Shown: positions 15,770 to 29,321 of the stretch, in pieces
Layout of the letters: every line of letters begins with the position of its first letter
Numbering within the stretch: position 1 is the first letter of the stretch
Program-made: the position numbers and the translations under genes
Notes under the pieces: generated by a model
Told to the model about the DNA's origin: nothing
Database searches by the model: none
The model's input: only the letters and a program-made list of their open reading frames with translations
Origin: Eledone cirrhosa
Taxonomy: Eukaryota
Length of the DNA: 64,000 bases
Direction of reading: 5' to 3'
Assembly: GCA_964016885.1 (NCBI GenBank)
Contig: OZ024741.1
Coordinates: 46,872,001 to 46,936,000, forward strand

Positions 15770-18700
15770 AATGTGCAAGGACCCCATTCAAATCATTACC
15801 TCCTATCTAGCTACCCAACACCCCCCCCCCCGCCCCCACGCACCACCATTGCTATTACGTGGACCAATCATAAGCCAGAGCCCCCACGCATCACCAGTAT
15901 TATTAGGCGGACCAATCAGAAGCCAGAGGCCTATACTATCGCTTGCCTGGTTGCCTTTCAATATATGATGGATGGAATCCTGGAGAGTTGAGGAGAGAGA
16001 GAGAAAAATCTGGACGCTCAGCGACAATGCCAAAGATAAAGACAAATTCACCTCTTGGACGAGAATGCGAGCACTCCTCATTGTTTCGACCGTGGACGGC
16101 TAACATAACCCCATCGCCCCCCGCCCCCCACCCCCAAACGCAATCAAAAACTTCAGAGTTGGTACCATAAATGTAGGCACCCTAAAGGGTCGCGCTAACG
16201 AGGTTGTAGAAATGCTTGAACGTAAGGAGGTCGATGTTTGTTGTATTCAAGAGACCAGGTGGAGGGGTGGGTCTGCTAGGTTCATTGAGGGTAAAAAACG
16301 ATGTTATAAGCTTTTCTGGGTGGGAAACGACGATGGGCTGGGTGGAGTAGGAATCATGGTAGCAGAAAAGTGGGCAGATAAGATAATAGACGTAAATAGA
16401 ATGAACGACAGAATAATTAAAATACGACTTGTCCTCAATAGAACTACGGTGACAGTAATATCTGCGTACGCACCCCAATCCGGACTGCCCGGCACTATAA
16501 AATACGGATTCTATGAGACACTGATGCTAACTACCTCCCAAATATCCGACAGTGACTATATAATTATCGCAGGCGACCTAAATGGTCACGTTGGACAACA
16601 TTGTGACGGCTACGACGAAATCCATGGAGGCTATGGGTTTGGTACTAGAAATGAGGAAGGCTCCAGAATCCTGGAATTCTGTGATGCAAATAACCTAACT
16701 ATCTGTAACACTAACTTCAAAAAACGTGACAATCACCTGATCACCTATAGATCCGGGGAACACACAAGCCAGGTAGATTATATCCTTACCAGAAGACGTG
16801 ACAGAGTGTCTGTTGTAAACACTAAATCCCTCCCCCATGAAGAATGCACCTCCCAACATAGACTGATAATTAGCGACCTCATAGTCAGGACGAGACGTAC
16901 TCGACAGCAGAAGAGGACTATCCTCAGGAGAAAAATATGGAAGCTAAAGGACCCCACAGCCAGGAATAAATTTCAAAGCATATTACTTGATGCTTTCGAC
17001 AGTAAGGAAGAACATTTAGAGTCGGACAATATAGAGGGAGAGTGGGAATTTCTGAAAGCAAACCTGCTGTTGGCGACAGACGAAGTCTGTGGCTGGAGCA
17101 GGCCTGTAGGCAGGAGGAGAGTAACATGGTGGTGGAACAGTAAGGTGGAGGGGTCAATTAAGGCCAAAAAGCAGGCTTGGAAAGTATGGCGGGATGGGGG
17201 AAGTAGAGAAGACTATCAAGTGGCCAGGAGGGAAGCTAGGAGACAAGTGTACTTAGCAAGAAGGGAAGCTGAGGAAAGAAAGTTCAAGCATGTTCTACAA
17301 CGCGATGACCAAAAACGTGAGGTGTTCAGGATTGCCAGGCAATGCGTCAAGGAAAACCGTGATATTGTCGGGGAGAAGTGTGTACTTAACGATGATGGCA
17401 TACTTGCCATCACCGACACTGATAAGAAGGTAGATTGGAAGTGTCACTATGAAAGGCTACTAAATGAGGAGAATAAATGGGAGAAAGACAGTCTCCCCCA
17501 TATCGACCCGATAGAGGGACCAGCAGTGTTAGTCGAGGGGAGTATAATAAGTAAGGCAATCAAGGATATGAAGACGGGTAAGGCGGCTGGGCCTTCGGAA
17601 ATAGTTGCTGAGATGCTGAAGGCATCTGGCACGGTGGGACACACCATGGTCACCCGCATAGTTAACCAAGTCGTACAGAATGGGGTTGTTCCGAAGGACT
17701 GGCATAGCAGCATCATCGTTAACTGTTATAAGGGTAAAGGAGACGCCCTAGATAGGAGTAACTATAGAGGCATTAAATTAATCGACCAGGTCATGAAGGT
17801 CACGGAAAAAGTAATAGCGCAACTAATCAGAGAGAGAATTGACCTAGATGAAATGCAGTTCGGGTTTGTGTCAGGCAAAAGTACCACAGACGCTCTTTTC
17901 ATAGTACGACAACTACAGGAGAAGTACCTAGCTAAAGGTAAACCCCTCTACTTAGCTTTTGTCGACTTGGAGAAAGCCTTCGACAGAGTCCCCCGCTCCA
18001 TTATCTGGTGGGCTCTTAGAAAACTAGGCGTTGACGAATGGCTTGTGAGGGCTATACAAGCCATGTATAAAGAAACAGTCAGCAAGGTTAGAATTAACAA
18101 CGAATATAGTGAAGAGTTTAGCGTAAAAGTTGGCGTCCATCAGGGCTCTGTTCTCAGCCCCCTACTATTTATTATTGCCCTTCAGGCTATAACAGAGGAG
18201 TTCAAGACAGGCTGCCCATGGGAACTCCTATACGCAGACGACCTGACACTCATAGCGGAATCAATGGCCGAGCTAGAGAAGAAATTCCAAACATGGAAGC
18301 ACGGCCTAGAGTCAAAAGGACTTAAAATTAACCTGGCTAAGACCAAAGTACTAGTTTGTAGGAAAGAAAACAAGGCGGCGGTCCCTTCTGGGAAATGGTC
18401 GTGCTCGGTGTGTAGGAAAGGCGTAGGTAGAAACTCCATTTTATGTCCTAAATGCAAAGTATGGGTGCATAAAAGATGTAGTGGGATCACAGGTAAGCTA
18501 ACTAAGAACATAGATTTTACATGTGGCCGGTGTTCTGGTGCAATAAGTAGCAGCAAGTGCCCACAAAATACTAGCTCTTTCAACTGCGCAGAGGGTTCTA
18601 TAGAAATAGTGGACAGCTTCCGTTACCTGGGCGATAAAATCAGCAGTGGGGGAGGGTGCTCTGAAAGTACTGTAGCTAGAGTCAGAACTGGTTGGAAAAA

Positions 18701-19589
18701 GTTCAGAGAGCTTATACCACTATTAGCTGCTAAAGGGTTCTCCCTAAAAATGAAAGGCAGGTTGTACGATGCCTGCATACGAACAGCAATGCTGCATGGC
18801 AGTGAGACCTGGGCATTGTGTGCAGAGGACATACGCAGACTAGAGAGTAACGAAGCTTGCATGCTCCGCTGGATGTGTAGCAGTAATATACGTGAACGGC
18901 AAAGCATAAACGAACTAAGGAAAAAATTAGAGATAAGAGGGATCAGATGTTGTTTACTCGAGAGAAGGCTACGTCGGTATGGACACGTGATGCGCATGAA
19001 AGTCGATAGCTGTATAACAAAGTGCAGGGCAATAAAGATAGACGGTAGTCACGGAATAGGCAGACCTAGAAAAACCTGGGACGAGCTGATAAACTCCGAC
19101 ATCACACACTTACACCTCTCCAAGACAATGTCACTGGACCGAGACCTTTGGCGGTACTCAGTAACAGAGAAGACCCGCCTTACCTAAATATATAATAAAA
19201 CCTACTCCAGCCAGTAGGCATCTCTAACAAAATACACCCCGTCCCACCACCACCACCCCCACCCTATCCACACCACCCCGTTCTATGTAAAGTTATGTTG
19301 GTGCCGCGCCATCGAGGCCGAAACAAATGAGATCGTGTAGGTGTCACGACAAAAAAACACACAGTCCACGCTGTAATGTGGCCGTGTAGGCAACACGGTA
19401 AAAACCTCCCAGACCCACACTGTAAATGTGGTTGGTGTTAGGAAGGGCATCCAACTGTAGAAAACCTGCCAGACAGTCCTATGCGAGCAAGACAATCACT
19501 CTTGCCTCAAGTGGGACTACCCCCGTCCAAACCCATGCAAGCGTGGAACACAGACGTTAAACGTTGATGATGATGATGATGATGATGAT
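15770..19589 (+). mobile_element. RTE-clade LINE, near full length (family A1, copy 1), with (GAT)n tail
   Basis: 5'UTR with repeated CCAAT units, APE+RT ORF, 3'UTR ending GACGTTAAACGTT(GAT)8. The 5' boundary is uncertain and may reach 15421. Confidence 0.93.
16212..19187 (+). CDS. RTE ORF2: APE endonuclease, reverse transcriptase, PHD finger
   Basis: [64 protein letters not shown]. The ancestral start is probably the ATG at 16027, upstream of a poly-C frameshift. Confidence 0.93.
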   Translation: MLERKEVDVCCIQETRWRGGSARFIEGKKRCYKLFWVGNDDGLGGVGIMVAEKWADKIIDVNRMNDRIIKIRLVLNRTTVTVISAYAPQSGLPGTIKYGFYETLMLTTSQISDSDYIIIAGDLNGHVGQHCDGYDEIHGGYGFGTRNEEGSRILEFCDANNLTICNTNFKKRDNHLITYRSGEHTSQVDYILTRRRDRVSVVNTKSLPHEECTSQHRLIISDLIVRTRRTRQQKRTILRRKIWKLKDPTARNKFQSILLDAFDSKEEHLESDNIEGEWEFLKANLLLATDEVCGWSRPVGRRRVTWWWNSKVEGSIKAKKQAWKVWRDGGSREDYQVARREARRQVYLARREAEERKFKHVLQRDDQKREVFRIARQCVKENRDIVGEKCVLNDDGILAITDTDKKVDWKCHYERLLNEENKWEKDSLPHIDPIEGPAVLVEGSIISKAIKDMKTGKAAGPSEIVAEMLKASGTVGHTMVTRIVNQVVQNGVVPKDWHSSIIVNCYKGKGDALDRSNYRGIKLIDQVMKVTEKVIAQLIRERIDLDEMQFGFVSGKSTTDALFIVRQLQEKYLAKGKPLYLAFVDLEKAFDRVPRSIIWWALRKLGVDEWLVRAIQAMYKETVSKVRINNEYSEEFSVKVGVHQGSVLSPLLFIIALQAITEEFKTGCPWELLYADDLTLIAESMAELEKKFQTWKHGLESKGLKINLAKTKVLVCRKENKAAVPSGKWSCSVCRKGVGRNSILCPKCKVWVHKRCSGITGKLTKNIDFTCGRCSGAISSSKCPQNTSSFNCAEGSIEIVDSFRYLGDKISSGGGCSESTVARVRTGWKKFRELIPLLAAKGFSLKMKGRLYDACIRTAMLHGSETWALCAEDIRRLESNEACMLRWMCSSNIRERQSINELRKKLEIRGIRCCLLERRLRRYGHVMRMKVDSCITKCRAIKIDGSHGIGRPRKTWDELINSDITHLHLSKTMSLDRDLWRYSVTEKTRLT

Positions 19590-19656
19590 ATATACATACA
19601 TATATATATACATACATATATACATACATACATACATACATATATATATACATACA

Positions 19657-19710
<54 letters not shown>

Positions 19711-19936
19711 CATACATATATATATACATACATGTATATATACATACATGTATATATACATACACATATATATACATACATATATACATACATATATATA
19801 TACATACATATATACATACATATATATATACATACATATATATATACATACATATATATATACATACATATATATATACGTACATATAAATATACATACA
19901 TATAAATATACATACATATATATATACATATATATA

Positions 19937-20546
19937 TGGTGGCTGCCAACTCGTTTTCGAGTACGGCCACTACTTTATATCCATGTAGGAGAACCCCTAC
20001 CGATGCGCTGAACGAATGTGACTTTTTAGTCCAGTCAGCGACTTGAAAACTCTGGTACAAAGACTACACTTGTGACCATTATTGACACATAGTGCAGGGC
20101 CCATGGTACCATGTGATGACAAGTGCAGAGAGATCTCCAGATATAAAGCAATGCCTGTGCTGTGAAGCTTTTATAGTGAGCAAAGGCACTGCACAAAGCC
20201 AGTCCCACTCTCTTAACCAAGATGATATTTACCAAAAAGAAGAACAAGTCAACATCATTGGATACCATCAGGGTTGCAGGTGTTATATCAGAGTTTTCCT
20301 TCTCCTAGAATTCTGCCTTGACAAAGGCTAAGGGGTCATCTCTCCCAGTGATTTTGGATGGCTATTGACTCTTAAGAGCTCCTTTGCGCTTTGACAGGTT
20401 TTGTTTTTAGTCCTGCAGGATGTCCAAAGTCACCCTCCTCACCAGGAAACCTTGGTGGGGTTGCCAGTTTAGTCGCCAACGACCCGACCATGAGACAGGT
20501 TGTACTGGGATACATGTTACCAGTAGCACCAACTGGTGACCTGACA
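19937..20546 (-). mobile_element. Bipartite RTE-derived non-autonomous element, copy 2
   Basis: Near-identical to 13489-14098; flanked by TA tracts. Confidence 0.82.
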
Positions 20547-20561
20547 TATATATATACATAC

Positions 20562-20598
<37 letters not shown>

Positions 20599-20663
20599 CA
20601 TACATATATATATACATACATGTATATATACATACACATATATATACATACACATATATATAC

Positions 20664-20694
<31 letters not shown>

Positions 20695-20761
20695 CATACA
20701 GACATATACATACATACATACATATATATATACATACATATATATATATATATATACATAC

Positions 20762-20795
<34 letters not shown>

Positions 20796-20799
20796 ATAC

Positions 20800-20894
<95 letters not shown>

Positions 20895-20907
20895 CATACA
20901 TATATAT

Positions 20908-20946
<39 letters not shown>

Positions 20947-20991
20947 CATATATATATACATACATATATATATACATACATACATATATAC

Positions 20992-21025
<34 letters not shown>

Positions 21026-21061
21026 ACATACATATATATATACATACATATATATATATAC

Positions 21062-21092
<31 letters not shown>

Positions 21093-21155
21093 CGTACATA
21101 TATATATATATACATACATATATATATATATATATACATACATATATATACATAT

Positions 21156-21186
<31 letters not shown>

Positions 21187-21191
21187 CATAC

Positions 21192-21222
<31 letters not shown>

Positions 21223-21247
21223 CATACATATATATATATATACATAC

Positions 21248-21295
<48 letters not shown>

Positions 21296-21299
21296 ATCT

Positions 21300-21472
21300 A
21301 AGGCGGGTAAAATACCCGAGATCCATGGACGAGTTCTCTCCAGCGGTCTCTGTCCCTCATTATCGCTGGCATATCCTGCATCTCCAACAAACCAGTGTCT
21401 GTCCTTAGGGCATCAACATATGTTAACCTTGGTCTTCCTCTTCTAGTGTGTCCATGTAGGGGCTCCCAAAGC
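21300..21472 (-). mobile_element. 3'-terminal fragment of an RTEX-like LINE
   Basis: Encodes [37 protein letters not shown]; matches 43387-43560. Confidence 0.85.
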
Positions 21473-21532
21473 ATACATACATACATATATATATATACAT
21501 ACATATATATATATATACATACATATATATAT

Positions 21533-21563
<31 letters not shown>

Positions 21564-21652
21564 CATACAAATATATATATATATATATATATACATACAA
21601 ATATATATACATATATATATATATACATACAAATATATATATATACATACAA

Positions 21653-21689
<37 letters not shown>

Positions 21690-21765
21690 CAAATATATAT
21701 ACATATATATATATATCATATATATACTAGTAAGTATATATATACTAGTAAGTATATATACATAG

Positions 21766-22310
21766 ATACTAGTAAGTATAATATAGTGCGCATTAGGAAA
21801 AAGCTGCATAGTTTCTTTAAAACCTTTAATCTGTCCATTACTATGGATATAAATGATAGAACTGTTAACTTCCTTAATGTTACACTGGACTTGGATAACC
21901 ATACGTACACACCGTACCATAAGCCCAATGAATTGCTGACTTACGTGAATACCAACTCTAACCACCCTAGGTCGGTCATCAGCGGTATATTGAAGGGCGT
22001 ATTTAACAGAATAAGTTCACTCTCACATAGTGAGGAGGCGTTTGACTCGCAGGCTGATTACTATAATGATGCCTTAGCTAGATCCGGCTTTAGGGACAAA
22101 TTGCATTATACCCAGGGAAATAATAGTCCTAATAGTAGCTCTACCAGTGTTGTTATAACACATAATATGTCCATTGGTAATAAAGGTGTCTCGAATAGGA
22201 GGGTTCTAAATGCCGGTGAAATGAACCAGCAGGGTACCATTAGTCTAAGTAATAGCAATGGTAGGCCTCGCAGCTCCCCGCATAAATTAGGTGAGCATAG
22301 TAACCGTAGA

Positions 22311-22354
<44 letters not shown>

Positions 22355-25300
22355 TGGAAATAAAAAGAATAGAAGAAGATTGAATACATATTTCAACCCC
22401 CCTTTTAACTCTGAAGTGGCTATAAATATTCCTAGGGCCTTCTTCTCTGTGTTAGAAAGGAACTTCCCTCCTGGTAATAGGTACCACTCTATCCTCAATA
22501 AGAATGTTGTTAAACTTTCGTATTCTACAACCCAAAATCTGGCCTCTCATCTAGCCAATACTAATAATAGGAAAATTAAGGAAGGCCTGGACAACCTAAG
22601 CCTAGGGGAAAACACGGTAGTGGACAGAGGGAGCCTGGACACACGTGGTCAGCAAGCTGGTGATCATTCTGAGAATAGCATCACCAGAAATTGTAACTGT
22701 AGAAGGGCTTCGGGCTGCTCCCTGAATGGTTTCTGCCTTATTAGAAACATAGTTTACGCGTGTGATGTGGTAACTACGGAGTCCACTAAAACTTATACAG
22801 GATCAACTTCCACCCCCTTTAAGACCAGGTTTAACTCTCACCAGTGCACTTTTAGACACAATAAACTGAGGAATTCCACCTCCTTGGCAGCGTACGTCCA
22901 CAATTTAAAAAATGCACGAACACATTACACACTTACTTGGCGGCAGGTTGCTAAATCCCATCCATATACTCCTCATAATAGAGTATGTAACCTATGCCTT
23001 GCCGAATCCCACTCTATTATATTTGCTAAATGCCCTCTACTAAATAGAAAGTCTGAAATATTTTCCTCTTGCCCCCACCGAATATTAAGCTCTTTCTTCT
23101 ACTTTAAACCTATTAGCTAGCACTTTCTTAATTCTCCAGTTGGGCTATCTTGTGTAACTGTCTCTTATTGTGTGTAATTGTTTCCTATTGTTTGTCTTCT
23201 ATGTATATGAGTCTGTGTGTGTATATGTATGCCTGCGGGAGAATATTGATCTGGATATTGAGGTGTACAGGTGAGTTGGTGTGTATGTTAATAAGCACCC
23301 CTGTTTGGCACAGTGGATGTGACCCATCCACGCTCGCCTAGCCACCCTTAGTGCATTGGTGGGTCTATCCCAACGTGTATTTTACGGATCTGTACCTCTG
23401 TATGCGCATGAGTTATGATGCAATATATCTATGTAGAGCGTGTACTGCGCTATAAGTTGCACAAATGGAAATCTAGCCTGTAACTGTGAGCGGACCTGTG
23501 CCATCTCGCCGTGAGCAGTAGATACGTAGCACATGCACGTGTTACCCTCCTATTCTGTGGTTTAAGATCTACAGGCTGACTTCGGGGAGCTCTTGCCCGG
23601 TGTTGTAGTCTTTCTAGCACAATCGGCCTTCCATATATTGACGGTCGTTGTTATTATCCCAAAAATAACGTTTTGGCCCCGATAGCCCTCCGTAGTTATT
23701 AACGGTCTGTTTACACTTGAATCGGGCGACTACACGTGTGGACATGCATCTCTTCGTAAGAATTTACTTTGATTAATTTTGCTGGGAAAAAATATATTAT
23801 CTGTGACCAGTGTGAGCGACTGTTGTGGGTTCTGCCTTTTGTTAGCCTAATATGATATTTCTGTGTATTATATCCGCTTTGACCCGGGTGTCCTACGCTG
23901 TGTGTGTGTGCGTGTGTGTCTATATACATTTATATGTGTATGAGTGTAGGTGGTTTTATATGTCTATATATATATATATATATATATATACCGTCTCTGC
24001 ATATGCATGTGGTGTGTGTATATGCATATACGTACTAACCATATTGTTGTGTATATTCTTGGGATGCCTCAATGTTGTGATTTCATGGATATTGGCTTTT
24101 GAAGCTATTTTTTATATGCGCTGTTGAGTCTCATATATTAAATGGTATGCATATTAACCCGCCTAACCCAACTGTATTTGCTTGCTTTCGGCTAGCCCAC
24201 CTGCACTTGCTTGCTTTCGCCCCACTTATCTGCCTCTTGATGTTCATGTTGATGTAAACGAATTTGCTTGCTACCTTGTGACGTTGTGGCCCTCAGTTAT
24301 CTGCCCATGGATGTTCCTGCTGCTGCATGTGAATTTACCTACCTTCCTTGCATACGTCCTTGCTAGTGATGTGGATATACCTCTGTTGACCAATAGATTC
24401 CTGCCCGAGTGTGAACCTTTTGTGATTGCCCCACCGCTCAACTGTGTGAATGCACACCCGTGACTTTAGAGTGTGAACTTCTGTGACTGCCCAACCTGGG
24501 ATGTCTTCATTGCATTGCAATGGTAAACTCAATCGAGTGTGGACATAGCACCTGTTGATTATAAATCTCATTTGAACATTTGATTGTTGTGATATGGCTA
24601 ACTGTAACACTTAAGGCGTTCGTGTGCCCCTGATATATTCAAGAAATATATTCAAAAAATATATATCTTATCTCACTTTACTTTATTTTATTTTATTTCA
24701 TTGTATTTTATTTTATATAATTTTATTTTATTTTATTCTTTACCCTTTATCACTATTATCTGTATATTTTTTATATATATATTTTTTATATTTTTTATAT
24801 ACATTATTTGTCTATTTTTTATCTATTTTTATCTACTCTTATCTATCTTATCTATTCCTTATCTATTCTCTATCTCTTATCCATGGTTAATCTATTTTTT
24901 ATCTATGGTTAATCTATTTTTATCCTTTGTTTATCTTACTTTTACCCATTGTATTTTTACCCACTGTATATCCACCATTCATCTCTTAGCTTTTGTATAC
25001 TCGTCCATGATATGTTATTTGTATTAGTCTATACTATATGTGTTGCATATGGCTGCCTGTTGTGTGGTTGCATGCGGGTGCTCATGCTTATGCGTATGCT
25101 TGTATGTAACTGTATGTTAACAGCACCCTGCCCAACTGTGACTGATAGCACCTCTTATTTTTCAATGCTTATTTTTCAATGTTTATTTTTTATTTCTTCA
25201 ATGTTTATTTTTTACTTTTCACTATTCTTTATCCTCCAATTTTATTTTCTACACTCTATTTACTCTACTCTTTAAACTCCCCCCCAACTTATGGCATCCC

Positions 25301-25446
25301 CATATATATTCTTCTGTCTTGGCTTTGTTATTGCTTGTGTAATATGTAATCACTCTTTATGCTCTGATGAGTCCCACTTATAGTGTGGACGAAACACTGT
25401 TAGCAAGTAAAGATATACCTATGCTCTACGCGTTCTTTGTTGTTAA
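21766..25446 (+). mobile_element. 5'-truncated Hydra-like PLE (family B, copy 1): RT thumb + GIY-YIG (ORF to 23120) and ~2.3-kb 3' region
   Basis: [50 protein letters not shown]; poly-Asn from (AAT)n. Homologous to 30986-35085. Confidence 0.9.
25360..25405 (+). ncRNA. Type I hammerhead ribozyme motif
   Basis: TGCT-CTGATGA-GTCC-CACTTATAGTGT-GGAC-GAAAC-ACT-GTT-AGCA. Confidence 0.8.
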
Positions 25447-25492
25447 TTATATATATATATATATACACATACATATATATATACATACATAC

Positions 25493-25526
<34 letters not shown>

Positions 25527-25619
25527 GTAGATAAATCTACCAAGAGTTTACGGTAGTGTCCAATCCGTATGAAGAACTCAATGTATTCCGGATATCATGG
25601 AAAGAACTATATACATATA

Positions 25620-25651
<32 letters not shown>

Positions 25652-25842
25652 CATACATATATATATATACATACATATATATATATATACATACATATAT
25701 ACATACATATATATATACATACATATATACATACATATATATATACATACATATATACATACATATATACATACATATATACATATATATATACATACAT
25801 ATATATATATACATACATATATATATATATACATACATATAT

Positions 25843-28713
25843 ATGGAGGAGGTTATAGACACAACACCTACACCGCACGCTACAACATCACATACGGACT
25901 ATTTCCAGCCTTGTACCACAACTCGTTGAAACCCCAGAACCTCTCTCCAGGGTCATCTCCACCGCTATAGACAGGTCATACCACCACCGCCGAGACTACG
26001 AGAAAATACGTCTAACGCAAAAATTTCTCAAACTCAGGACGGCCAACTGTCTTAACAACATCCCAACGCTAAACACCAACAGAGGCGAACAATACGTTAC
26101 CAACACCGAACCTAGTGGCACCCCGACCAACAACACACCTGACGCAAAACACCTCGTCACAGACTTGACAGGATCCCTCTCCCGAGAGGAATTAGACCTC
26201 CTCAGCCTGGGTCCCAAGTTCATATTGAAACAGAGACTGGACGACAGACTATGGCTCGACATAGAAACGAATTTCTGTCGGGCTGCCTACCAACTGAAAT
26301 GGATATCGACTCTCGACAACAACACCACGGAATCCACCACACCCAGATTCCCGATATACCAACTAGATCGCCCACTCTATCCACCGCCCGCCAACCGCGA
26401 GCTGGAAGAAAAACTCTCGAGAGAAAACATTCCGTATTTAACATCTTACGGAAACAGAAGAAGATGGCCCCAAACCTCTCCAGGACACAACAACTCACCC
26501 TGAAGAACCTACGGAATAAGGAACTTATTTACTTACCATCCGACAAAGGTAAAGAGTTCTGCGTCATCTCTCAAGCCACATACAACAACCTAGCCTTCGA
26601 ACACCTTAGCGACAGTGAATTATACACAGAGATCCCGGACATGACTGCAGCCCAAATCGAAAAACAGACCAACTCCATCTGGTTCGATATCTGTAGGAGA
26701 AGACAACTCCCGAATAAAGTTAAGCTCAACTACACCACTAGAAATAGCAGACTGCCCACTTTCTACCACCTCATCAAGACCCACAAGAATAGTACTAAGA
26801 CGCAAATAAGACCCATCGTCTCTAGCATAGAAGGACCCCTATACAAAATTTCCTGGCTTCTCTCCCAGGTCCTCAAGCCTCTACTCTCCACCTTCCCCGG
26901 GCATGTCAGTAGCTCCGACGAAGTTATACGTAGGCTACACCAACTCCAGCCAGAACAACTTAAACTAAATAAATACGCTTTTAGCCTCGAGGTTGTCTCC
27001 CTCTACACTACTGTCCCCGCTCATCCAGCTGTCGATTTATTGACGGACTGCGTGGTCGCAGAGAACATCCACTGCTACGGCCTCCACCCGACGGACATAC
27101 ACCAGCTTTTGTCCTTCACAGTAGACAACACGTACTTCACCTTCCACCACCACACAGACAGACAACAGGATTACCCATGGGATCCAGCCTTTCGGGCCTG
27201 CTGGCCATCACCTACATGAACCAGCTAGAATGGCGAGCCCTCAACACCTGCCATTCCCATGCATTCTTCACCCGATATGTAGATGACATACTCATCCTTA
27301 CATCATCCCGTGAGGAGGCAGAGAAAATATACACAACATTCTCCAGCATGGACGCCAGTATAAAGTTCAGCATGGAACACCCCAATGACCGCGGATCCCT
27401 ATCCCTACTGGACTTCCAACTCAGGGTAACAGAGGAAGGCAACATCCACACCTGCTTCTATAAAAAATCCGCCAGCAGGGACCTGTTCGTACATTTCAGA
27501 TTGGCCCTCCCACTCGGTGCCAAGTTCGGATACATAAAGAACGAACTGGCACGTATCAAGAACAAATGCACCGACGCCAGAGACCGAGACACACACACCA
27601 CACATTTCCTGGAAGTACTCAAACTGAACGGATACACGACATCCACCACAAACCGTGCCAGAAAGAACAGAGGACACCACACCCGAGGCACTAACACTTG
27701 CTTCCTGAAGCTCCCACACTTCAGTGAAGAAACAACAACAGCCATCCGCAGAGCCATCAGACGAGAGGGACTGGATATCCAACTGGCCCACTCGGGTCCT
27801 TCTCTACGCGGACGGCTGGCCAAGAGACACTCCACCAGACATGACAACTGCTGCAGACTAGCCAACTGCCCCATCAACGACACAGACCTATGCCACCAGG
27901 CTTACGTAGTATACAGACTAGAGTGTGACAAATGCAACAACTTCTACGTAGGTAGCACCACCAGACCACTCCACATAAGAATAAAAGAACCCCTCAATAC
28001 TAACGCTTCCTCATTTAAGAAACACCGATAAAAACATAACAGTTAGGATAGAAACTAAGGAAAGAAACCTCGGCAATCTTAGAATTAAGGAAGCACTTAT
28101 TATAGATAAAACACATCCACCAATCAATAATAGACTAGAGCTCAACACCCAATTTATAACCTGATAAGGCCTCTAGCCCTATATTTACACACCCCACACA
28201 CGCACGCGCACACGCTTACACCTCCACTTATTCTCTCTCACACATACACACACAAAACCAGTTCTAACACCAGATAACACCTACCCCCCACTTTTACGAT
28301 TAGACCTATCTGCCCACACTCACACACACACACCCACATACCTTCTCCCACACACATATACAGGCACGTATATAAAATTTAGAAGAAAAAAATAAAATAA
28401 AAATAAATAAATAAATAAATAAACCCTAAACAAACCCCTCTTAAAGGGAGACTACTCTTTATCCACCTAATTTTAATTCTTTGATATTAGAGTTAGAACA
28501 GATACTCTATACTATTTCCGGTCAGCATGGCTTGGCTAGAGATTTAAGACGCTGGTTTGAGACCTTTACTTCTCTCCGAAGAAGAGATATTATCTCGAAA
28601 ATTAAGGACATTTAAATAAATTCAAGATGAAAGACGAATTCTTTTACTATTGCATTCTTTTTTCTATGTCCATACCTGCATTGTTTTGGCCTTATTACAC
28701 ATATTCAAACGTT
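25843..28713 (+). mobile_element. Penelope-like element (family D, copy 1; possibly Nematis-like), frameshifted RT + GIY-YIG
   Basis: LSLGPKF, PSDKG, RPIVS, SLEVVSLYTTVP, GLPMGS, RYVDDI, LSLLDF, VVYRLECDKC..YVGSTTRPLHIRIKE. Degenerate hammerhead-like CCGAAGA..GAAA at ~28575-28605. Confidence 0.9.
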
Positions 28714-29058
28714 TATACATATATATATACATACATATATATATATACATACATATATATATACATATATATATACATACACATATATATACATATATAT
28801 ATACATACACATATATATACATATATATATACATACACATATATACATGTATATATACATACACATATATATACATACATATATATATACATACATATAT
28901 ATATACATACATATATATATATATATATACATATATATATACATACATATATATATATACATATATATATACATACATATATATATATATATATATACAT
29001 ATATATATACATACATATATATATACATATATATATACATACATATATATATACATAC

Positions 29059-29109
<51 letters not shown>

Positions 29110-29114
29110 TATAC

Positions 29115-29161
<47 letters not shown>

Positions 29162-29162
29162 C

Positions 29163-29196
<34 letters not shown>

Positions 29197-29228
29197 ATAT
29201 ACATACATATACATATATATATATATAC

Positions 29229-29262
<34 letters not shown>

Positions 29263-29282
29263 ATATACATACATATATATAT

Positions 29283-29321
<39 letters not shown>

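Noticed and set aside
19182-19209. 28-nt insertion at the RTE stop sharing TATAATAAAACCT with the PLE pseudo-LTR (8223)
   Set aside because: A 13-nt AT-rich match is too short to establish origin.
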